Shown here in pieces: positions 1 through 7,304 of a stretch of 22,200 nucleotides of DNA (positions are counted from its first letter, which is position 1; each line of letters opens with the position of its first letter). Both the position numbers and the translations under genes were made by a program. Below the pieces are notes generated by a model, which ran no database searches, was not told the origin of the DNA, and saw nothing but the letters and a program-made list of their open reading frames with translations. The stretch covers positions 1 to 22,200 of the forward strand of contig JAHQWW010000061.1 in assembly GCA_029856365.1 (NCBI GenBank). The letters run 5' to 3'. This stretch comes from Candidatus Hodarchaeota archaeon (GTDB taxonomy: Archaea; Asgardarchaeota; Heimdallarchaeia; Hodarchaeales; Hodarchaeaceae).

Positions 1-180
1 AAAACCCCCATACCAGTAAAAGATATAGTGAAAGAACTGCCATATTCAGATCGCACAGTACAATATGGGTTGAGGCAGTTACAAAAGCACAATTTGGTAA
101 TGAAGAGACCCAACTTGGAAGATCTGAGAGAAAGTCTTTATTTATTAGCTCCGTTTGCATACTACGTCTTTATTAAATAG
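1..180 (+). CDS. Winged helix-turn-helix transcription regulator (MarR/ArsR-like small archaeal wHTH), 5'-partial at window edge
   Basis: Not in the ORF track. Manual translation of frame +1 gives KTPIPVKDIVKELPYSDRTVQYGLRQLQKHNLVMKRPNLEDLRESLYLLAPFAYYVFIK*, with TAG at 178-180. It has an HTH recognition helix (S.RTVQYGL..L) and a wing with the D.R...Y motif. Confidence 0.8.
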   Translation, partial: KTPIPVKDIVKELPYSDRTVQYGLRQLQKHNLVMKRPNLEDLRESLYLLAPFAYYVFIK

Positions 181-263
181 AATCAGATAAGTTAGTCCTC
201 TTATTAGGGTCAAAACTGGTAGTTCTCAATATGGCTCACTACAGACCCATTAAAACAGCTTAA

Positions 264-761
264 AAACGTTTCTGGGGAAATAGAAAAGAATATTTAAGTG
301 TCATTCGTCAAAATTTTCCAGATTTATTACCTCTTTATCAAGATCTTTATGGAAATAATAACAAGTATGGAAGTCCTAATTCTCGTAGTAAAAAGATGTT
401 GAATGTTTGCAAAATCGTTCATGAATTATGCAAACAAAATAACATTCCAGACCGAATACCTCGATATATTCCTCCTGGGGTTTATAAAAAGAATTATCTC
501 GTCAGTACAGTCCTTCATAACCTTGCTTACTATTATCAGTGGGTGAGTGAAAAATCTTAGAAATATGTATCTCCATTCACAAAAGCTGCTGAAAAAATTG
601 AGTCCTTATCATTTGATATCTCTCAAATGAAAAAGAATGAGTTAGAAACTCACTTTCCATTTCCCGAAGAAGTTATTAATGTTATTTCAGAAGTCTTAGA
701 TACAGGAAGATCAACTGTTCTTTTAGAATATCAGAATCCCAAGATGATCTTGATATCTTAA
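264..761 (+). pseudogene. 5'-truncated remnant of a radical SAM (SplB/Rv2578c-like) protein: C-terminal region plus a PolX-N-terminal-like helix-hairpin-helix domain, with an internal TAG
   Basis: Not in the ORF track. Frame +3 is open from 264 to TAA 759-761 except for TAG 558-560: ..GNRKEYLSVIRQNFPDLLPLYQDLYGNNNKYGSP..VHELCKQNNIPDRIPRY..NYLVSTVLHNLAYYYQWVSEKS*KYVSPFTKAAEKIESLSFDISQM..VINVISEVLDTGRSTVLLEY. There is no N-terminal half and no CxxxCxxC motif. The family assignment is by motif recall (FP.L...Y..LY; F.KAA..IE.L..DI...I.E.L.TG). Confidence 0.65.
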
Positions 762-1047
762 GTATGTAAGATTGATATTTGTGAACTAGAGAATTTTGAT
801 GCAGTTTTTCGCAAAAATCCACTCCAAGAGGTTCTAATTACCAAAAAAGTCGATAAAAACCAATTATGATGAAAAGCCAAAAAAACTAAGAGGGAATAAA
901 AAATCCTTTTCTTTGAGTTTTGTCAGTTTATAAAAAAAAACCTGTCATTTTCGAAAAAAAATACAGGAGATTTTAATAGAATTCTTATTTTTCCCCTTTT
1001 AACGAACAAATTTTGACTTACTGATTATATAATCTCGAGGCGATTGA

Positions 1048-2472
1048 ATGAAGAACTATGATCTTATTGTTATTGGAACAGGTTCTGCAATGAATCTCGT
1101 GAGTCCTATCCTTCAACAAAATCCATCCATGAAAATTGCAGTTATAGAAAAAGATGACCCGGGTGGAATTTGTTTAACCCGAGGATGTATTCCTACAAAG
1201 ATTTTATTGTATCCAGCAGAACTCATTCGTGAAATTGAACACGCCAAACAACTGGGAATCGATGTTGAAATTGATAAGGTTAAATTTCCTGAAATAATGG
1301 CCCGAATGCGATCTTTGATCGATGAGGATATTGAAAACATCAGGGAAGGCTTATCGCATTCAGAAAATATTGACTTTTATCCAACTGTGGCCAAATTTGT
1401 AGCTCCTTATAAACTCAAAGTAGGGAATAAGATAATTACATCAAAAATGATTTTTCTTTGTATTGGATCAAAACCAGTTATCCCAGCTATTGTTGGATTA
1501 GAGGAAATCAGATATCAAACCAGTGATAGTATTTTACATATTGGTAATCTTCCTAAAAGCTTGATAATCATTGGAGGGGGGTATATTGCAGCTGAATATG
1601 GTCATTTTTTCTCTGCTATGGGTTCAAAAGTGACTATTATTGGAAGAAATCCACAATTTCTCCCCCAAGAAGAACCTGAAGTTTCAGCGGTCGCTAAGAG
1701 AGAGCTGGGGAGACATATGAATATTCTCACGGATCATGAAGCTATCAAAGCAAGAATAAATGGAAATTCCAAAGAGATTACAGCGAGAAATCGAATCAAT
1801 GGCGAACTGGCAAGTTTTATTGCTGAAGAAGTTCTTATAGCCACGGGAAGAGGTTCTAATAGCGACATCTTACATCCAGAGAAAGCGAGGATAGAAATCG
1901 ATGACAATGGTTGGATAAAGGTAAATGAGTATTTAGAAACCTCTCAATCGAATATCTGGGCTTTTGGGGATGCCAATGGAAACCACCTCTTTAAACATGT
2001 GGGAAATTATGAGTCAATGGTGGTTTATTATAATGCTATACTAAAAAATAAGGTAGAAGTCGATTATCACGCCATTCCCAGTGCTGTTTTTACTTATCCT
2101 GAAATTGCTAGGGTAGGATTACACGAAAAGGAGGCCATTACTGAATATGGAGAAGATAACATAATCATTGGTTATCAAAAGTATGAAGATACAGCTAAGG
2201 GGATGGCTATGGATGTTAAGGATTATTTTGTTAAGGTTATACTTGATAACAATAGAAGAATCTTAGGAGCACACATTATCGGACCCCAAGCAAGTATTTT
2301 GATCCAAGAAATCATAAATTTAATGTATACGCCAGATCGAAGTAGTCTTCCAATCAGTAGAAGCATGCATATTCATCCCGCTCTTAGTGAAGTTGTCGAA
2401 CGAGCTATTGGCAGATTAATGCGGCCAAAAGACTATCATGCCTTTCTAGAGGTGATGACTCATTATCATTAA
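1048..2472 (+). CDS. Class-I pyridine nucleotide-disulfide oxidoreductase (dihydrolipoamide dehydrogenase / mycothione-reductase-like)
   Basis: FAD-binding YDLIVIGTGSA, redox-active disulfide GGICLTRGCIPTK, second Rossmann fold GGGYIAAE, ATGR, IWAFGD, and C-terminal catalytic HPALSE. Confidence 0.92.
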   Translation: MKNYDLIVIGTGSAMNLVSPILQQNPSMKIAVIEKDDPGGICLTRGCIPTKILLYPAELIREIEHAKQLGIDVEIDKVKFPEIMARMRSLIDEDIENIREGLSHSENIDFYPTVAKFVAPYKLKVGNKIITSKMIFLCIGSKPVIPAIVGLEEIRYQTSDSILHIGNLPKSLIIIGGGYIAAEYGHFFSAMGSKVTIIGRNPQFLPQEEPEVSAVAKRELGRHMNILTDHEAIKARINGNSKEITARNRINGELASFIAEEVLIATGRGSNSDILHPEKARIEIDDNGWIKVNEYLETSQSNIWAFGDANGNHLFKHVGNYESMVVYYNAILKNKVEVDYHAIPSAVFTYPEIARVGLHEKEAITEYGEDNIIIGYQKYEDTAKGMAMDVKDYFVKVILDNNRRILGAHIIGPQASILIQEIINLMYTPDRSSLPISRSMHIHPALSEVVERAIGRLMRPKDYHAFLEVMTHYH

Positions 2473-2777
2473 CATGGTTGAATGTAAAAGTTTATTGTGA
2501 AAAAGAAGAAACGCTTTGAATGATGATTCATGGCATTTTTGAGGTGTATTAATCTCTTATCATGAGTACTACTGAATCTTGTCTGAAATATTGGGCACGT
2601 ACATGATTGTGAAGGGAGAGTAACTGTAATTGATGATTGATATGCATTACAATTTCTCTTATAATACCGCATAAGTTTAAAAAACTGGTTGTGTATTAGT
2701 AATATTAATCGCAGAATGAACAAATATATTCAAAACTGAAATTTAAGAATAGTATGAATTTGAGAAAGGTGTGATTT

Positions 2778-3275
2778 ATGGGGTTTCTCAAGAAAATTTT
2801 CGGTAAGTCTAAAACAAAACAGGTGCGAGGAGAATCTGAACTTTCATTACAGAAAGGATTAGACTCACGAGGAAATCTAGCAGATCTAGGACGCCCTGCC
2901 GTCATAGGACGAAAAACTATAAGTCTAAAGGGTCAGGTACGATTACTTGAAGAAAAGCTGAACACACCAGAAACAAGAAGTACTCCCCCTAAACACATTG
3001 AAGTGATACGAAAATTAGCTAATAATTATCTTGAGCTAGGTGAGGAAGAATTTGAGTATTATGTAAAGGCAGAGAATCTTTATAAGCAGTTTAATGTATT
3101 ATATCCATTGCACATGGAAAAAATTGACTGGGTAGTATGGATCGAAGCGAGTGTTAAAGCCAAATTGATCCGGGAAGCTAGAAGATTACTTAAAGAAGCA
3201 CGGATGTTGTTCCCTGGGGATGAACAATTGGATAAGATTGAAACAGATATCTTACACATTTCTGGGGCTTCCTGA
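2778..3275 (+). CDS. Hypothetical protein with N-terminal amphipathic helix and C-terminal TPR-like helical repeats
   Basis: 165 aa with an SD-like GGTGTGA upstream. Begins MGFLKKIFGKSK. LANNYLELG...KAENLYKQF and EARRLLKEARMLFPGD match the TPR pattern. Confidence 0.7.
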   Translation: MGFLKKIFGKSKTKQVRGESELSLQKGLDSRGNLADLGRPAVIGRKTISLKGQVRLLEEKLNTPETRSTPPKHIEVIRKLANNYLELGEEEFEYYVKAENLYKQFNVLYPLHMEKIDWVVWIEASVKAKLIREARRLLKEARMLFPGDEQLDKIETDILHISGAS

Positions 3276-3307
3276 CACCAAAAAATAACCTAATGCTTTA
3301 TTTGTGC

Positions 3308-4498
3308 TTAAGCAGAGAAGTTAGTTTCTTTTATGGGTTCTTTGAATAATAAAACACCAAGTAAAATAGCGAAAAAGCCTACACAGGCTCCAAAAAGTAA
3401 GTTTGGCCTTATTACACCATTAATTGAAGCTAAAAAACCCCCAGAGAGCGTCCCCGTAGCTAATCCAAAGTATTGGAAAGAACTATAAAAGCCCATAGCT
3501 TGGCCTCGTCTAGATTCGGGGCTATTCTCAGATATAAAGACGGGGATTAAGACAAAAAATATGGCATAAATTGGAACGCAATAAATTGTGAGAATAAATA
3601 CTGTGTTATTAATAAGGTAAGTTAAAAGTGGAATAAAAGCATAAAGACCCAATGCTAAGAGGACAAGAGGTTTCTTCCTGTAAATATTCATTATTTTCCC
3701 GACAAAATAAGTTGCAAAGACACCAAGGAGAGTTGCAATACTATTTACTATAGCCACCAAATTGACGTTTTCTTTTAATTCATTTTCGATAAAAATCGCA
3801 AAGTAACTTATAAAAACGCTATTAGAAATCTGTGATAGCATAAAAAGTGTCAAGACTAGAAGAATAGGCCTAATTGTTGGATTAATAGCGTTATTTGGTT
3901 TTGAAATAATAGTAGTTATCTTAGATAGAGAATAAGGGGTATTTAAAGAGTCTTTTTTAAGCTCTTTAAGTTTAAAGGCAATCAGAAGAGCAAGAAAAGC
4001 CGTGAAGGCTGCAACTAAGAACATATTACGGTAGGTTTCCCTGGAATTAATGAATAGAGAAGCAGCAATGCTTCCTATGAGGAAACCAGCACTAGCCATC
4101 ATACCCAATCTTCCAAATTTTTCAGCTCGTTCTTCAACGCTATAAAAAGAAACCAGTCTGTTAAATGCTGGGATAAAAGCAGAAAATATTAGATTGAAAC
4201 CTATGTATGCAAGAAAAAAGAGAAGAACATTCTCATGGATGATATAGTAACACAAAAATGATATCGAAAGAAAAACGAGAGAAGTGAGAACAAGATTTTT
4301 TGAACCAACAATATCGCTTAGACGACCGAAGATACCTGTTGAAAATATTAAGAAGATATAAGGGATAGCTATGATTAATCCTGATCCTATAAAGTCTCCT
4401 CCTGAAAGTTGGAAAAAATACCAAGATACAAATGGGGATGTAATTGCAATAGGGAAGTGAAAGAGCGCATAAAGTAATTCTTCTGTGCTGAAAGGCAT
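3308..4498 (-). CDS. Major facilitator superfamily transporter
   Basis: 396 aa with about 12 hydrophobic segments. MFS motif A GRLSDIVGSK is present, with the second-half motifs GKIMNIYRKK and PESRRGQAMG. Confidence 0.93.
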   Translation of the reverse strand: MPFSTEELLYALFHFPIAITSPFVSWYFFQLSGGDFIGSGLIIAIPYIFLIFSTGIFGRLSDIVGSKNLVLTSLVFLSISFLCYYIIHENVLLFFLAYIGFNLIFSAFIPAFNRLVSFYSVEERAEKFGRLGMMASAGFLIGSIAASLFINSRETYRNMFLVAAFTAFLALLIAFKLKELKKDSLNTPYSLSKITTIISKPNNAINPTIRPILLVLTLFMLSQISNSVFISYFAIFIENELKENVNLVAIVNSIATLLGVFATYFVGKIMNIYRKKPLVLLALGLYAFIPLLTYLINNTVFILTIYCVPIYAIFFVLIPVFISENSPESRRGQAMGFYSSFQYFGLATGTLSGGFLASINGVIRPNLLFGACVGFFAILLGVLLFKEPIKETNFSA

Positions 4499-4754
4499 TC
4501 ATTAAACTCCACAAAGACTCAATAGACTGGTAAATACGTTAAAATGACCATTATTAGGAGGGTTTTTGCTATAATGGATAAAAAAATTTTGGTTTAGATA
4601 GATTTCGTTGGAATGCAATTGAATACTAAATGAATATAGAAAAGATATGCTTTCCATACTCTAGGATTTTCCGATATCCAAAGTTTTAATTTTAATATAA
4701 AATTCACTTGACTTGAACAATCAAAAGAATAGATCAAATAAAGGGAAAAAAATA

Positions 4755-5084
4755 ATGGTATTTTGTGAAACTTGTGGACAGGAAAATAATACTCAATCTA
4801 AATTTTGTCGCTTCTGTGGAGCTGCATTAGGAGCATCACAAGAGTCGGGGTATCAAACAACAATTCCTAACCGATCAGAGTCAATCGGATTTGGAAACAG
4901 GGGTACTGGTGAACACCTTGTAATACGTTGTTCTTTGTGTGGTGGACAGGACTTCGCCAAAGACACTGGACGCCTAGATAGTAAATGGGGCTTTACTTCG
5001 TTTAAAGTTATTATGTGTACTTGTAAAAAGTGTGGGCATATCGAATTATTTAACAAAGGACGCAGTATTTTTGACTTTGACTAA
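4755..5084 (+). CDS. Double zinc-ribbon protein (N-terminal CxxC-x10-CxxC ribbon; C-terminal DUF2082-like ribbon)
   Basis: CETC...CRFC and CSLC...CKKCGHIELF. The ATG at 4755 (MVFCETC) is preferred over the track's TTG at 4713 because the extension is low-complexity A-rich sequence. Confidence 0.85.
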   Translation: MVFCETCGQENNTQSKFCRFCGAALGASQESGYQTTIPNRSESIGFGNRGTGEHLVIRCSLCGGQDFAKDTGRLDSKWGFTSFKVIMCTCKKCGHIELFNKGRSIFDFD

Positions 5085-5119
5085 TGTTATTAGTTCCAAA
5101 TTTCCTTCACAGCATTTTC

Positions 5120-6088
5120 TTACTTCCAAACTTTGTTGAATACTCGTTGAAAGTTACCACCCATTATCTTAGCAATGTCTTGCCTACTAAATCCTTCTTT
5201 TTCTAACAGGGGAGGAATATTCTTCATTTTACTGGCATTTTCCAGTCCCTTAGGTGTGATTACAATTCCATCAAAGTCTGATCCCAAGCCCACATATTCT
5301 ACGCCTATAAGTTCAGCAATGTACACTATATGTTGAATAACATCATTGATGGAAGCATGCTTTGCATTCTTATTAGTCAAAAAAGCTGTACAAAAATTAA
5401 TCCCCACTACCCCATCTGCACTAGCAATCTGCATTAATTGATCATCTTTTAAATTTCGAATAACTTGACAGAGTTGATATGCATTCGAGTGTGATGCAAT
5501 AAAAGGTTTGGTTGCCATTTTAACAACATCAGAAAACCCTTTTTCATTCAAATGTGAGACATCTACCATCAAACCAAGTGTCTCCATTTGTTCGACGAGT
5601 TCTTTGCCGTGAATTGACAATCCCTCTCCTTCAATGTTTCTTTCGGGAAACATTACACCCTCACAAAAAAGATTTTTCCGACTCCAGCTTAAACCGATAT
5701 TCCTAACTCCTAATTCATGAAAGATAGGAAGTAGTTGATTTCTTTCAAGTGCTACTGTTCCTTCAAGGCTTAATATCATTCCAACATTGTCTTTTTTATT
5801 TTCTTTTATTCTTTTCATATCAGTTTGTGATTTAATAAGGATAAAACCTTCCTTTTCCATTCCCCTTGCCAGAGATATCATTTCTAACGTTATTTCAACC
5901 CCCAGTTTCTCAAATTTCGGGGGAATGAAAATAGCAAAGACTTGGATATTAACTCCGCCTCGATTAAGAAAGTCCTTGGTTACATGAAACTTCAATTTTT
6001 TACCACTACCAAGTGGTGGAATCATATTCTCAAAATATTTCCTCATTAAAGTGTCAGCATGACAATCAATGACTAAATCCTTTATCAA
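5120..6088 (-). CDS. Membrane (renal-type) dipeptidase, peptidase family M19
   Basis: Metal-binding and catalytic motifs IDCHADT, SLEG, VDVSH, ASHSN, RNLKDDQL, GLGSDFDG and IMGGNF.RV. Confidence 0.93.
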   Translation of the reverse strand: MIKDLVIDCHADTLMRKYFENMIPPLGSGKKLKFHVTKDFLNRGGVNIQVFAIFIPPKFEKLGVEITLEMISLARGMEKEGFILIKSQTDMKRIKENKKDNVGMILSLEGTVALERNQLLPIFHELGVRNIGLSWSRKNLFCEGVMFPERNIEGEGLSIHGKELVEQMETLGLMVDVSHLNEKGFSDVVKMATKPFIASHSNAYQLCQVIRNLKDDQLMQIASADGVVGINFCTAFLTNKNAKHASINDVIQHIVYIAELIGVEYVGLGSDFDGIVITPKGLENASKMKNIPPLLEKEGFSRQDIAKIMGGNFQRVFNKVWK

Positions 6089-6126
6089 TGTAGATCACTC
6101 AATATTTAAAGCTTATATTTTAATAA

Positions 6127-6921
6127 TTATAGATTAAAAAACTCATCTAATTTTTTTGATTGCGAGATAGATGATGGCCGTGAAATCGTAGGGAATACAT
6201 CCTGCCATGGGACTAAACATGACTCTAGATTGAAATTCTTTAAATAAGTTTTGACCTTTTTTGGTAAACTTGTAGCTATTAAGATCCCTCTTACTTTTTG
6301 ACCTTTTTTCTGGAAGAAATCAACATATCTTCGAAGTTGATGAGCGTCTGCTGGAGTTGCCGATGATTTTTTTACTTCAATGACTACAAAGGTACCTGAT
6401 GCATCCAGTGCCCAAATATCGATGAATCCAAAGTCTATTTCTTTTTCTGATTCAATAATTTGCAAATCTTGTTCTATAATATCTGGGTTATTCACAAGAT
6501 ATTCAACGAAATCCTTTTCATGACCAATTATTGAGGCAGTTTCGTCAGACTGACCTTCATATGAAAGTGCCAGATAAACTTCCGAGAAAGTAATAAAGAA
6601 GCTTTCATCAGTCTTAGGACGATAGGTCTCCATTTGAAAACATTCATCAACAATTCTGAATGAAACCTTCCCTGCTCCTGCTAATTGCCATTGAACTGGT
6701 TTAACACCAGAAGAACCATGTAATAAGATAGATAAATCTTTTTTGATTATGAGAACCCTATCGCCATCAGGGAATCGTGATTTAATCCTTCCATCGAAGA
6801 ATGCTGAACAATTCCCAAGGAGAAGAATCATATTTTTTTCAAGGTGATCATTTAACTGGTCTTGGAGAATAGGGAGATTAGGAGAAAGTTGGGTTATATT
6901 GTCGTTCAATATTATTCCCAA
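6127..6921 (-). CDS. nucS: Mismatch-specific endonuclease NucS/EndoMS
   Basis: N-terminal FDGRIKS..DGDRVLIIKKD.S.LLH....KPVQWQ, PD-(D/E)XK core EKE....FIDIWALD..G..VVIEVK...QLRRYV, and C-terminal PIP-like QSKKLDEFF. Confidence 0.93.
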   Translation of the reverse strand: MGIILNDNITQLSPNLPILQDQLNDHLEKNMILLLGNCSAFFDGRIKSRFPDGDRVLIIKKDLSILLHGSSGVKPVQWQLAGAGKVSFRIVDECFQMETYRPKTDESFFITFSEVYLALSYEGQSDETASIIGHEKDFVEYLVNNPDIIEQDLQIIESEKEIDFGFIDIWALDASGTFVVIEVKKSSATPADAHQLRRYVDFFQKKGQKVRGILIATSLPKKVKTYLKNFNLESCLVPWQDVFPTISRPSSISQSKKLDEFFNL

Positions 6922-7240
6922 TCACGATATGTTTGGATATTCTATTACTTTAAGAGTCTTATTAGAGAAATAAAGATGGTTGAATAAAAACTCAATACAC
7001 CTATTATATTAATGAGTCTTATTTAATTTATGGAAAATTATTGCAAATGTATTTTACAAGTAGTAAGATTACCAAATCATTTTAATAATGAAAGATTTTC
7101 TCTGGTGAAATTTAAGTAATACATTGTACACAAAGATAAATCAAGTGTGAAGACAAACATTTGATACGGATAAGAGTAGAATTTAATATTGGCTAGTTCA
7201 AACGAGGAGGAGCAGTGAACACTGTTGAAAAGACTACTTG

Positions 7241-7284
7241 AAATAAAAAGGAACATCCAAAAGACATCGGTATTCTTGGATGTT
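7241..7284 (-). terminator. Putative terminator of the large surface-protein operon
   Basis: Perfect 9-bp inverted repeat AACATCCAA (7252-7260) / TTGGATGTT (7276-7284), 20 nt after the 7305 stop. On the minus strand it is followed by CCTTTTTATTT. Confidence 0.5.
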
Positions 7285-7304
7285 TATCAGAAACTTTTCA
7301 GTGA

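Noticed and set aside
148-435. GCTCCGTTTGCATA as an IS end, with the inverted match TATGCAAAC at 427-435
   Set aside because: Only 9 bp match, the second copy lies inside the coding remnant (ELCKQ), and there is no target duplication or transposase.
558-560. Pyrrolysine/amber recoding of the in-frame TAG
   Set aside because: The frame lacks its 5' half, TAG is one change from TGG, and other genes in the window use TAG as an ordinary stop. Pseudogenisation is the simpler explanation.
860-1000. Poly-A/poly-T tracts as phase-variation sites
   Set aside because: Homopolymers are expected in AT-rich archaeal intergenic DNA, and none interrupts a reading frame.
6951-7023. Palindrome TAAGA-G-TCTTA and the repeated GAGTCTTATT upstream of nucS as an operator
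   Set aside because: Too short to distinguish from chance without orthologous promoters.
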